Source: Paramecium tetraurelia (lineage: Eukaryota). Taken from it: a stretch of DNA of 64,000 nt. The stretch is taken from the NCBI GenBank assembly GCA_000165425.1, contig CT868651.1, forward strand, positions 1 through 64,000, read 5' to 3'. This document shows, one piece after another, positions 28,069-41,080 of this stretch. A program made the translations under genes and the position numbers. Numbering within the stretch: position 1 is the first letter of the stretch; every line of letters begins with the position of its first letter. The notes under the pieces are model-generated. The model saw only the letters and a program-made list of their open reading frames with translations, did not search any database and had not been told where the DNA came from.

Positions 28069-28591
28069 TCATGATTTTTTCATCAGATAATGTTATTTAA
28101 GTATATAGGCCTTTAAAAATTCAGTGTCACGACAGTCTTTGTAATTGATTTTATTCCAAGGAATTTTCCCTAACTTCTAAAAAATTAACTCTGAAGTTTA
28201 AAGTAAATTGCTGTTTTTGAGTTCCTCCTACAGAGAATGCTGATTAGAATAGCATAATTTCTGGCTATTTTTCACTAGAGAAATATTTCCATCAGAGACA
28301 TCTATGATAATACTTACATTTGAGACCATTGATTTTTATTTACTTTGAGGTTGTTCGTGTTCATCTAAATTATTCCCTTTATTTTTAAAATTCTTCACAA
28401 TATACTTAGCTGTGGAATATTTAATTTATAGCTTCTGTGCTGCCTTAAATCGTATAATTTATTACTTATCTCGTTGATAAACTCTCCTAGAGTACCAAGT
28501 TGATTAAAGAATGTTTTTTCTGGTTGTCTATACGCTAATGATTTCTAAATTTTTAAATTGATTTGTTCATCATGATATTTATGTTAGACAT
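28069..28591 (-). CDS. Helix-turn-helix (homeodomain-like/paired-like) protein
   Basis: HQRIDNQKKHSLI...LSTRQ|AAQKLQIKYSTAKYIVKNFKNKG with a 22-nt intron; ATG 28591, TGA 28069-28071. Confidence 0.8.
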
Positions 28592-29089
28592 AATAAAAAT
28601 AAATTAAAATGAAATTTGAGGAATCAAACATTGAAATTTACATATGAAAGAAAAATCCCTTTTCATACTAATTTTACAAATATTCCAAAATCTGTAATTT
28701 CTTTCTTGATAATAAATAAAATATAAGGAGTGATCAAATTAGTATAAAGTAGATTTCCTTAAAAATGTTCAAATAGCTAATAAGGGAAATTTATAGCTAA
28801 TTTATATTCAGCCATTTTTTATGTTTGTTATCGATTTTTTAAAAATTTCTCGAATTGAAGAAATTAATTCTAAAGGGAGAAATATTATCACCTTTGGGGT
28901 CAGCTCTTATAAATAAGAATTGATTTGAATTCCTCTAAATGAATTTTTTGAATCAGTATATTTTTTAAAATTCAAGTAATAACAAATTATGCTATAAATC
29001 AAAGTGATTTATTCATAAATGACTAAAAAGACAATCTTGCAACAAATTTCATATTGATTATTTTAGTCTTCTTTATTCTTTTATTCTGT

Positions 29090-29500
29090 TTTCATGGTTT
29101 AACTACAAATCGATTGAATTCATATAAAATTTATTGTATAAATTCTCCAACATCCCTCCAAGCCTGAGTATCTTAACACTTATCCTTAATCCATGTCCAA
29201 TACAATTAAATCAACTTTAAGTGATTTTCAAATGGATAAGTATTTGAATGATATTAATTATTATACGAACTGCTACTTCATGAATAAATTAAAAGTTGTC
29301 TTAGTTTCACATAATATTGTTTCAAATTTGTCATGTCCAATTCATTGGGGCAAGTACTAAATAAATTACTCTAAATAATTTGAAAATGGCTATAAAAAAT
29401 TAAGCTATCGAATAATAATTTAATACCCCACTTAAATGAATGATTTGTTTCTACCTCGCAAAGAAAATGCAGATCTTTCTAAAATCCTAAAAGATTGCAA
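29090..29500 (-). pseudogene. Degenerate gene remnant
   Basis: Coding-like fragments with canonical-looking tiny introns, interrupted by an in-frame TGA (~29342). Confidence 0.3.
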
Positions 29501-29675
29501 TGATTTAAGACATCAAAATATACACTCAAAATTAAATTCAAAAGAATAACTTAGAGTTAGTTTATTTATGCAAAAATGGTGAATTATTAATATTTTCACA
29601 TCAACATATACATTTATGAATTTTCAATATCGATTATCAAATAAATTCATCGTTATTATAAAATTTAAAATTAAT

Positions 29676-30852
29676 ATGTTCAAACATAAATCAGCTTCAT
29701 TTCATGATGCAAGTATTGACACCCAATTGAAGTTCAAACCCCCAAAACCAGAAATAATCTCTAATTCAACTAAAAGAAATTCCGAAGTATTTTCACACGT
29801 AATAAATTCATTTTCTATATTAGCCTCCTGAATTATTAGCCAAATTGTATTAAACCAATAGACTCTTAGAATAAAATATTATAAAGCTAAATGACGCTTA
29901 GTAAAAATTAGCTTCAAAAGAGGAGGAAATATTAGATTTGAAATAAAAACTAAAATGCTCAACTAAGGATTTAAACGAAAGAAATGAAAAAATTGCATAA
30001 TTAACAGAACAATTAAAAGGACTAAAAGGAGATATCAGAAAACCTAGTTCTGATAGAAGTAATCAAGAGCTGAAATCAAAATTGCATCATGTTTCGCAAC
30101 ACAATGAAGCTTTATTTTAAGATTATCAATCAGTGCTCATACAGAATTAAAATTATCAATAACAAATCATCGAACTTCAAGACTAGTTAAATTCAATATC
30201 TTACAGATTAAGAGAATCAGAACAAGCAATATAATTGATTAAAGAAACAGAAACAAAAGTTAATTATCTTGAATTGGATGTTGATAGATTAGAGGAAAAA
30301 CAAAAAAAGTCATTTCCAGATATGATGAAATAAACACAATAACTCAAAATCTAATATGAGACAAACATACAATTGCTGAATTGTGGAGTAGATTACATAG
30401 CCTCTTAATTCTAAAAATCCATAACCACATTAACAAAGTAACTTTAGATGGTTTAGAAATTTTCTAAAAGAAATGTAGTATTGTCAGAGACTTAATTAAC
30501 CTTTTATGGGTTAAATACATTGGCATAATAAACCAATTCAAAAAGGGTGCAAACAATCCTATAAAAGATGAATATCAGTGAGTCACTTTAAAGTTGGTTG
30601 GAAGGGATTGTTACTTTTCTCATGATTAATTGTCAGGAAATTTTGTAAAAAGAAGTGGATAAGAAATTAGAAAAATTGTCAAGGCAAATTTAATAAGTCC
30701 ATGATATGGCAATTTAGTTAGCCACATCTTACGATTTTATGAAATTTGGAAGAAATGTACCTTATTCTTATAATCTAGAAATCCAACAACATGAGTGCCT
30801 ACAGTTAGAAGTCCAATAGTTATTGTTCAAGAATGTAAGACAAAGAAAATGA
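29676..30852 (+). CDS. Hypothetical coiled-coil protein
   Basis: ATG 29676, intron 29799-29823, long heptad-rich open frame to TGA 30850-30852. Confidence 0.8.
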
Positions 30853-30899
30853 AGAATATAGTTAAAATATTAAACTTAAAGATTTCTTAGATTTGGCAT

Positions 30900-32586
30900 T
30901 AATGTATTATAATTATTCTAATCCTAGTAAATTGGGTGAGCATTTAGCTTAAATCTAATAATTAAATATAGAATTACAAGTTTCTAACTTTTAGAATAAA
31001 TCTTCGAGGGAACTGCAAATGGGCCTTAAGGAGTAACTGCATTTGCATGAAAATTTGGCAAATTATCTCAAAAAGGAGTTGGTTTCAATTAAAAAAGAAA
31101 TTTCTAGTCATTCATAAAGAGGATAACTTAAGAAATATAGTTACATGCCAAAAATAATATGACAAGCATTTTTCTTTAATTAATTATTTATGTATATATA
31201 ACATTCTTCGCGTTTGGAAGGAAAACACACTAAGAATAGCAGAAGTGCTTAAAGGGTCACTCCTTCCCATAATTTATACACTGAATCTTCTTACATATCC
31301 TAAATCTTAGCACATTAGTAAAAAATAAATGATATTCCTAACTCTAATAAGAGATTATTGAATAATATCAGTCCATTAAGTCTTAATTATAAAGAGGGGA
31401 AAATCCTCTAAAAAAACTACTTGCAAAATAAATACTCACAATTATTAGAAGGGAATCATGTTCAAAGAGCTGGTTGGAAAAAGTATTTATTAGATGGTTT
31501 TAAGGAAAAGATCGAGAATATCTTAAATTAAAACAAGAAAAGCTCTAAGTTATTTAAAATTAAAAGATAATATTTTACAAGAAGCGTTGCTCTGTAACCA
31601 ACGGTTATTCAAGATGATTATTTAACAGTGGACGCGTTGATTAAAAAGCAAAATCCTGCTTATAATATTGAAGCAGTTTAGGATAGTTTAATATAATAAC
31701 ATAAGCAATACTTAACAAATTAGAAAAACACTGATTATGATGAGAAGTATGAAAAATAATAATATTGAGATTATAAAACTTAGTAAAGTAATTTGAAATA
31801 ATAGTAGATAGGATTGAGAAGGAGGCATTTAAAATTAAAATACCCACCAACTTCTAGACAGCTATGCAAAACTACAATGATTATTATAACGTTTCATTAG
31901 ACTTCAAAAGCAAGCACAAGAGTTTAAAAATTATTGATTTTAGTAAATTTGAAATAAAACCAAGAACAAAACAATCATATGCTTTAAACTTTTGGGATAA
32001 AGAAGAAATTGAAGAGGAATATGAATAATAAGTACAAACCTGTCGAGTATCTACACAAAAGGAATGCTAAGAAGAGATACTGGAAGAAATTAGATAATAT
32101 TAATCGAATTAAATTTTTTAATAATTTATAGATCTACCAAAGGAGTCTGAAGAATCTGAAAACTAATTGGAATAAGCCTTAACAGAATAAGTTGAACCAA
32201 CATAATCAGGAATAGAAAAACATAAGGAAAAAAAAGTTAAGAAAAAGAATGTTAGATACAAACAAAAAAAGAGATAAAGTATAGAGGCAGTCAATAATGT
32301 AAATAAATCTATTAAAGTTGATGAAATAGAAAGTATTCAAAATAATAATTAATCTGAAATATTACAAATTGAACAATAAAGTAGTTAAAAGATATTTGAT
32401 CATAAATTTGTTGATTACATGTTATCATTAGACGATGTTCACGAAGCTGACCTTTCTTAATTTATGGAAAAACAAGTTGCAGAATATGATTCATACATAT
32501 TTTGCGACCCAGATGAAGAAGTTGTATACAAGCATCAAGTTGATTGGAATTGTTAAATAGACTTTTTGTTAAGAAATATTGGTTGA
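30900..32586 (+). pseudogene. Disrupted hypothetical gene
   Basis: Long coding-like segments ending VDWNCQIDFLLRNIG-TGA (32584-32586). The 5' half has stops/frameshifts and the intron ending ~32131 lacks a GT donor. Confidence 0.55.
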
Positions 32587-32826
32587 ATTGAATATTGTCT
32601 GCTTTAATTTTCAATACATTTTTTGCATTAACATCAATTATTTTATTCAAGAATCTTCTATAATATTTTTAAATCATTTGATGTAAATTTTTAAACGTGG
32701 TTCAGTTTATTCGGAACCAGAATTTTTTCTTTATAAAGAATTTCATATAAAAGAAAAGATATACAAGAGTACACATTTGTTTTATTTTTTCTTTATAACA
32801 TTTATAATAATTAGCTACAATCACTT

Positions 32827-33583
32827 TCATTATTAACATTTCGGACAAATAAAGTTTAGTATTTTTTTTGCTTTTTCTTTAGACAAATTTAAACATATCA
32901 AATGGCACCAACCTTGACATGCCTCACATTATATATACCTTAAAATCTTTAATCATTTAAATTACTTCAAATCTGGATTTGGAGGCTTTTAACATATGCA
33001 TGTTGTTGCCCATTCTTCAATTGGAGGTTAAAAAGTTCGATTTATATAGGCCGCTCTCATAAAATACGTCGTATCATTCATCGTTTCTAATTAATCAAAT
33101 TCCTCGTAAGTAAGTATGGAAGCTAAACTCACTATACTTTCAATCTCAATATAATCATATTCATTAGTTTTAAACACCTCGTTCTCAGAAATGTAATCCA
33201 TATACGGTTTAGGTATATTTTCCAATTCAAATTTTCTATAATACCATTGAACTTTTATTAAAGGGTAGACTTCATCATCATTATCAACAAGTTTGACTAT
33301 TTTAAGGAGTTTAGCAACGTAATCTATTCTTCTATCTGCCTTTATGCAGAGATTCTAACCAATTTTATAAATAATCCCCTCGTACTTTAATTATTTGTAT
33401 GAAGTTCTTTAACTATATGGTTAGTAAATACCTGCTCTTTTTGTTTTTTTTCAATAACTGATATAGATTGTTATTATCCTTGCTTTGAATCAGTTTTTAA
33501 ATTTTGCTCTTTATAAGTATGTTATCTTGTTTTTCATCGACTGATGATGTTCTTGAGATTTTTTGTTCTAAAGAGGCAGACAT
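32827..33583 (-). CDS. BAH-PHD bivalent chromatin reader (EBS/SHL-like architecture)
   Basis: BAH motifs DYVAKL...VQWYYRK...ENEVF...IEIESI, then PHD CICQKPPNPD..YIQCEACQGWCHLIC...FICPKC; one intron; ATG 33583, TGA 32827-32829. Confidence 0.9.
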
Positions 33584-33729
33584 ACTGATATTCTTTACTC
33601 TCAATTTAGAAAAATAAATATTAAAAAAATCATAAATATTATTATATCTTTTTATATAATGTAATTAAAATATTTATATTCTTTTTATTTAAACCTTTTC
33701 TCATGTAAACTATAACTTTACACAAGCCA

Positions 33730-34500
33730 GCAAATGAATTCTCCAAAGTAATAGTCTTCATTCCAATAATACACAATATTGATATTTTCTAAATTGCACA
33801 TTATTTTTTAAATATAAAGTATTTTGTAATACTATAAAAATATAGTCTTAAATTCCAAATATGCCAACCTGTAAAAGTTTTCAACATCAATAATACCTAT
33901 ATGATCGTCATACCTAAAATATCATTGCAATTAGAAAATGAAACCGATGTGTTGCATTTTTTAAGGATTATTAGTATCTGTAATAATAAGTTTATTTTAT
34001 TAAATAAAGAATTCCTAATCTAATTCATAATTTTAAATTTATCATCTAGATTTCTATACCATGAAGACAGTAAAATAATTGTGTTCAAGATAAAATGTTA
34101 TGAAAGTGATGATATGGTATTTTCATTTAACTCAAATGGGCTGATTCAGACGGTAATATATTTTCAATTAAAAAATCAGAAAGTTTGATCAGAATTAGTA
34201 ATTATGAAAGGCATGCTTTATATTTTACATATTGAATATCTATTATAAATGATGGATATTGACTAATTTATAGATTAGTTAAGTAGCAAAAGATTCAGTT
34301 ACTGGAGTCATTCTTAGATTTGGATTGCATATTGATCTACAAGAAAAAATAATCATTTCCTGTGACGATCTTGCCTGCATTATTTTTCAAATTATTTATA
34401 TCTAATTAAATTTATACTATAAAAAGGAACTACGATTATTCAGTTGAAAATAAATTAAACCTCAATGTCTAGAATAAAGGTGAAAAATTCAAGCAGAATT
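33730..34500 (+). pseudogene. Degenerate gene remnant
   Basis: Coding-like fragments and intron-like elements with stops in every frame; no intact model. Confidence 0.25.
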
Positions 34501-35032
34501 TATGAATTGCACTTCTTATTTTACTTAAAAGTTTATTCTTTAATTTATTATAACTCTAATTTAATAAATTCTATTCCTCTCCTTTAAAAACTTTAATAAA
34601 CAATTAAAATAATCAATCAGAACTTGAAATTATACTTTTTTTAACTTTTCTACTATTAGTTAAAATACAATAGTCATAACATAAATAATTAGAAACTAAT
34701 GGATAAATAAAATCCAAATCGTTTTATTTCATCCTGTTAATTATTTATCTCTTTATAATGTGAAATCAACATCACAATTATTTCAGGAAAATTGTCATTT
34801 TTATTTCAATTAATTTGTTTCCTGTCTATTTTCATACCAAAAAGAAACGCCTAAATTTTAATTTTATTTTATATGACACCAATAATTATTGATATCTATA
34901 TTAACAGGGTTTGCAAATTGATATAAATGTAGCAAAAAATAATTAGGTTGATATCGATCGACTTCTAGATATTGAATAGATATTTGTATTAATTAAAGAA
35001 ATTAATATTATTTAAAATTACTCTAACTGCTA

Positions 35033-35489
35033 ATGCTGCCATAATAAATTATTTATAGATAAGTTAGACATTCTCCTTAAAGTATCGATTAAATGAATAC
35101 TTTATAGAACTTTTAAGATAGTCTACAATTCTTCCGGTTCAATAATATAGAACTCAAACCCCAATTAGGCAACAAAGATCATACTCTCATTTTGATTAAC
35201 AACCTCAGAGTAGTATGAAAAAACAATAAGAAAATTTCGAAAGGGAAAATGATTTATTGAGAGAAAAAGTACAATAATTGAAGCAGCAGATAGCTAGTCT
35301 TGAACAGAATTACTAAAGTAATTAGGAAGTACTAAAATTATTAGACTTTAGATTGATGAATAATACATAGTAGCTCTAAGAATATTTTAATAATTGAAAA
35401 TCGAGTCTGAATAATTGAGATTAGAGCTCTCTTATATCAAATAAGAGAACAACCTGTTCAAATCGAAATTAAAACAAATTAATTATTGA
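35033..35489 (+). CDS. Small coiled-coil protein
   Basis: ATG 35033; two tiny introns (~35082-35107, ~35329-35351) restore the frame; TGA 35487-35489. Confidence 0.72.
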
Positions 35490-35535
35490 ATTTATTACCT
35501 TTATTTTAATTATATTTATTAATTATCCCTCAAGC

Positions 35536-36353
35536 ATGAAGGTCAATAAGGAATCATAAGAATTTGCTGATCTGGTTCTTAAATACTATTCGCCAAAGAT
35601 ATTGTTGAAACAAAAAAAATAAAAAGAAGAATAATAATAATAATAAACTCAAGAAGAAATAAGCCAGTCATTCGACAAAGTAGATTCCAAGACGAAGTAC
35701 TCCATAGATTACTAAAAATTTTAAAATTACATAGAAAATAGCGACAAAACTAAACCAAAAACAGCTGAAGAAATAGAAATAGAAAAAATTATTTAATCTA
35801 ATCCTTATCTTTCTTAAATCGCTTGCACTCATGATAGAAGAAAAGAAAGGGAGATTTATGAAAAAACTAATAAAGAAAAATTTGAAAATATTGAATACTT
35901 TAAATAAGAAGGAAATGTGGGTTTTAAAAATAAAGAATATGACAAAGCAGCCTATTTTTATTAAAAAGTAATATAAATTTGTATATTAGTTAGGCATTAG
36001 TATATTTTGATTATACATTTCCAGAAGGAGATTAGGAAGAATCGAAATACAATTTACTCTTGGAGCAATGTAATAATAATATGGCATAGTGTAAATTGCT
36101 CTAAGGTAGTTTAGATGAAGCGTGGAATTATTCTCACTAAGCTTTAAAAGTAAACCCAAAGAGTGAAAAAGCCATATTTAGACAAGCCAAGATTTCATAT
36201 CAAAAAGATGATTTCGAATAGTGCGAGGCTTTGATAAAAAAATTAAATTAAGATTTAGAGGAAACAAAAGAATTAAAATTGAATTTGTAAAATAGAATAA
36301 AGTAGTACAATTAAAGAAATGAACAAGTTTATAAGAAAATGCTTTCAGAATGA
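35536..36353 (+). CDS. TPR-repeat protein (FKBP/cyclophilin-type TPR, no PPIase domain seen)
   Basis: FKQEGNVGFKNKEYDKAAYFYQK|ALVY...CNNNMAQCKL...ALKVNPKSEKAIFRQAK; TGA 36351-36353. Confidence 0.88.
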
Positions 36354-36710
36354 TATTTATAATTTGATATCTAGAATTAATGTATGAGTTAGAACCTGTT
36401 TTATTTTAAGCAATTTATTTTAACAAGTTTACAATTTAATATCAAAATATTCAGTGTTGTAATTAAAATATCTACAATATATTTAATAATTAGATGCTTT
36501 CTAAAATAAATCTATATAATCCATTATATATAAATCACAATTATTCATCTTTTATTTTGTTACCAATAACTTTAGAAAATTAAACAAACTTTAATAACAT
36601 TAGAAGATACTTAAAATTATTTGTAAATCAGCAATCTAATTTATATCTTTGTTTTAACTTAACCAAGTATTAATAAGATAATTATTAATGAATCTTTTTA
36701 GTTAATTATA

Positions 36711-37608
36711 TCATTTTTTTTTATATGGATGTTCATAACTGCATTAAGGGTTTTTGCAATGAATTCCATGCTTGCATTGCTGATGCATATAAATGCATTG
36801 ATATCCCTTTTTACAATGCGGAAAATATTTGCACTATATGAAATTTCTAAATCTAATACTTTAATTGTAGGATGAACATATTAACAATGCTTATTGGTAC
36901 AATTGGGAAAGTACCTGCATCTTTCATTGATGAATTTATTGTTCTGCTAATTAAATTTAATGATAAATTTTGTACTTTTACCTACGATTGACTTTCTGTA
37001 GTTTTTTGTTATTGATTTACTGCTGTCAATAGTAAGAGTAACATCAATTAGTCAGTTTGACTAAGTGAAAAATACAATGTAAATCTACTTTTAATTAGAA
37101 TTATTTTCTTATGAAATAGGTTCAGGGTCTTCTTCGTGGTCGCTTTACGTATAAGGTTTTTCATTATTTTTGTTATCATTAACTTTTACTTTTTTGTTAA
37201 TTGGTTAAGATAGTTGCCTATTTTAATTCTCATTTAATTCCCTAGCTTAGTCATTCTTGATCGCTTGGATTGATTTAATGAATAAACTTTTGTTTTTTTA
37301 CTATTTAAATTTCCTTATCTATTAAATGCAATAATCCTCAAACCAATCAAATAACTCAACTTATTGTGATTCAGTCAAAGGTTTCTAGAAATAGGTCGTT
37401 TAAATCCTTACATTAGCTATCTCTTGAAGGGATTTAACCATTTGTTTCCTGTTCATCTTATTTGTGTCTTTATATAATCGGATAGCTTCATAGAGAAATC
37501 TTGTTAGCTAGATCCTTACTGTATCCCATATTCACTGAGATCATGAACTAGACCAGTGAGAGAAAACTTCTCATTCAAATCTCTTCTGAATTATGTTTCT
37601 GATATCAT
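36711..37608 (-). CDS. Nab2/ZC3H14-type tandem CCCH zinc-finger protein (putative poly(A) RNA binding)
   Basis: ERCRYFPNCTNKHCQYVHP, CKYFPHCKKGYQCIYMH, CKHGIHCKNPQCSYEHP; helical N-terminus; about five tiny introns. Confidence 0.82.
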
Positions 37609-38226
37609 TAATATTAATTAATATAGAATAAAGTTTTAAATGTCATTAGAAGATGAGATAGTATTAATCCAAATTACTTCTTTCTATTAGATATTTTATC
37701 TTCATAAATGAGTTGAAGCTTTACCTCCTTCATTAGATTTTCAAAATTTCAACTAGATTTTAATATAATATTTTCCTTGATTTGTCTAACTTAAATCTAT
37801 AGTTAAATTGTATTTAATTATGTTTAAATTACCTGAACTTTGGGAAATAATAATATAGAACAAAGATATATGATGAATATTCTATTTATCCTAAAAAAGA
37901 TTCGATTTCATATTTTGATGAATACATAATTAATTGTTTTGTTTCTTATATTTCAATTAATTCTTTTTGAATTATTATTTCTGCTATTTGATCATTATTA
38001 AATAATGAAATTGGATGATGTTAAAATACTATAATTATTTACAATTTCTTATTTATTTCAATCACAACCTATCACCTCAATCAAGCATAAAGATCTAAAA
38101 ATATCAATATATATTTTATGATTATATTAGTTCCTCCTTTATTGATTTTTGCTTCACTTTAGAATTAATTATAATAAAGTACAATTTTAATCGTTAACGG
38201 ATAATAATAATAAAAATTATTCGCCA

Positions 38227-39239
38227 ATGGATATGTTCGTCAATAGACAATCAAATAAAGAAAACAAAAATCCAGTCTTAGTTCCAACCTAGTACGAAAT
38301 TATGTAAAAGGAAGGAATATTTGCCAAAACTAATACTTCTCTTTATACTCATCATCGGTTTTATTATAGAAAGCCGAGACATTCAATAAATATATCCTCA
38401 TAGAATCCTGCAATTGTTCGTTCAAATAGTTCATAATCAATTCATAAGGATATTTAGAAAATAGTATAACAATTGCAATCTCAACAAATTTATACCCAGA
38501 CTCAAATTAACAGTAGACAACCTTTTAAAGAGCGATATCCAACTTAATTCTCTTAACCCTCGAACACACAAATAACAGAAGTTGTTGATTTGCTCGAAAA
38601 AGAGAACTTACTAAAAATTCATTAACTTAAACCATGTACACCTAGAAGACCATTAACTTCATAAATCAATTATAACTTGCCTCCTTCTATATATGAGAAT
38701 AAAAGCAATGATTAAGATAACAGTGAAAAGTACACCCCACTTTTAAAAAGTAAGTCATTATTTAGAAAATCATTAAATACATCCTTGGATAAAGTTAAGA
38801 AGATCAATTCAGCTTAAGAAAATAGATAAAAAAGAACACATTCATAAACAATTAATAGTTGTTAGTAGAAACAATAATAAAAATCAATTAAAGACAGAAT
38901 AACAAATGTGTTGTAAAATCCAATAAAGGTTTTGCATTTATGTCAAAAAGTAGAAGGAATTTAGGATTTAATCAATGAAGAATAGTTAATGGAATTAATT
39001 CAATCGGATCAATTTAAAATAGATTTATAACTTTTAATCAAAAATTCTAACGGATCTAATCCTTAGTTGAAATTAATTCTATAAAACTTTATGATAGAAT
39101 AGATCAAGAAATAGAAAGAATTGCAAGAAGTTGAAAATCATTTATAATGTATAAAGTTGTTAATTATCAAATAGAAAAAAAATACCACTTTAGTAAAATG
39201 CTCAATAACTATATTAAGGAGCTCCAAGATAAATTATGA
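38227..39239 (+). CDS. Hypothetical protein, low complexity with C-terminal coiled coil
   Basis: ATG 38227 (MDMFVNRQSNKENK), open frame to one intron ~39149-39174, TGA 39237-39239. Confidence 0.8.
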
Positions 39240-39663
39240 TTACTAAATTTATATTCTAACAGAATTAATAAATAATTTATAAAATCCTATCGTTTTTTTA
39301 TGGAGTACTTTTTCTTTTGAATAACTACTTATAAGTAATTAATCAACATCTATTTAGAATTCAATATATTCAATTTATAATAATTTAATTGATCGTTATT
39401 TAGTTGATTTAATTGAAATCTACTTTTGATTAAGCACGCATTTTTGAATAAGAATACTCAAATTTTACTTACAATAAATGGAAATTAACAATTTTAATTG
39501 ATTTTTTGAGTTATTAAAATCATGAAACCATCAACATTCTTATAAATTTTTGATTGTTAAAAAGATTTGAGTATCATTCCTGCATTCTTCTCTTGTCTGC
39601 CTATCAACTTATGAAGATTAATTAAAAATGTCAACTTTTATTGAATTATAATACAAAAATAAT

Positions 39664-39960
39664 TCAGATCAAGGGGTGCTCTGAAACAATAGAGAGTCTC
39701 TTTTATCTTAATGGGGATTTGGTCAATAGTAGGGATGATGTTTTAACTAACATAGGTGGTGTCATTTCAGATGCATCTGTATCGGAATCTAATGAACGAA
39801 AAGAAAATATCAATTATTTCTTTGCCTGCTCAAATTTAAACTGTTTTTATTAAGGGTCGGTCAAGAATATTAATTTTAACTCCTACAAATAATTGATGAT
39901 ATCTTTTTCTTATGGAGTAGCTTCATTTAAGCAATCATCAAATTCAATTGTATCATTCAT
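39664..39960 (-). CDS. Small hypothetical protein (98 aa)
   Basis: MNDTIEFDDCLNE...RLSIVSEHPLI-TGA, intronless, flanked by AT-rich spacers. Confidence 0.65.
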
Positions 39961-40309
39961 TTTTAAATAAAATATTTTATTTATTTATTCTTTTTTGTCA
40001 TTTATTTTTAATTTAAATATGCAATCTGAGGAAAATGTTACTTTCATTCATTACCATGTTTTATTTCTTAAATTTCTTTGATCTAATCTCAACATGAATT
40101 AATCTAGCTAAGAATAATTAAATTAAAGCAAGGTAAGGATGATAAAATATTACTTAATATTACGCATTAAATAAATATTTTAAAAAACTAATATTATTCC
40201 TAAATACATTTATTCATTAAATTTCTGAGTTTGTTAAATTTTAATCAATTAACATGTGTATTCAAAATAATCTAGCCAATTTTTAATAATGCCTTAGAAA
40301 TCAATTCAA

Positions 40310-41080
40310 AAAAGTAACAAATATTCAAATATTTTATTTTTAATCATGAAGGAGATTGCAATTATTAATATAAAAAGAAGAAACCAGTGTTTAATCAATT
40401 TTTTTGTATATGTCAATTATTTGTTATGTTAGGCCCTTCTTTAATGATACTTAATAGGATGTTGTTTGAAGCCTCTTTATAATTGAGTAAGAGTTTCTAA
40501 ATAGCATACATTAAACCCCTTTTTTCAATTATGATAAATTTCTTAATGACACTATAAGTTTGCTTCATTAACAAAACCTCTTGATTATTTTACATTCTAT
40601 AAAATCCATCAATAATCCATGAAATTTCTTCAACTTTATTTAAGAATTTAAAATTATTAATATCATGATCTATAATTACAGCCATTACATTCTTCTTTGG
40701 CAAACATAGGTTTAAATAACATCTTATACACTCATATTGTAATATCAAATTATATGATTAAAGAGTTCTGCTATCATATTTCTAATTTGGTATTCCCTTA
40801 GCCCTTAATTTCACCATTCTCTTTCATTAATACAAATGTGCTGTTGCCAGAACGTCTTCAGATTAGAAGAAAAAGATATTTGGCTTTTTCTTATGGTTTC
40901 TAGCTTTTTTTCAACTTGATTTAAACAAAATCTTTTGCAACCAAATCTACTAATATAATTGCAATTGTTGAAAGTACTACAAAATTGTTTTAATTCATCT
41001 TTTACAATGATATGATTTTTAGATATCTCATTTATTATTTCAGAATCTATACTTGTATAAATTTGTGGTTTAATTTTCAT
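40310..41080 (-). pseudogene. Hypothetical gene with one apparent frameshift near 40815
   Basis: ATG 41080 frame stops at 40811; another frame continues about 165 codons to a hydrophobic C-terminus; no suitable intron found to join them. Confidence 0.45.

Noticed and set aside
30849..30852. ATGA start/stop overlap suggesting translational coupling
   Set aside because: The downstream locus is disrupted and its true start is uncertain; the overlap is probably coincidental.
23780..32586. In-frame TGA as selenocysteine or readthrough in disrupted loci
   Set aside because: Stops co-occur with frameshifts and lost splice sites and are not at redox-Cys positions; decay explains them better.
33413..33431. 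19-nt intron-like GT..TAG in the BAH-PHD gene
   Set aside because: The frame is open without splicing, and removing it would cause a frameshift.
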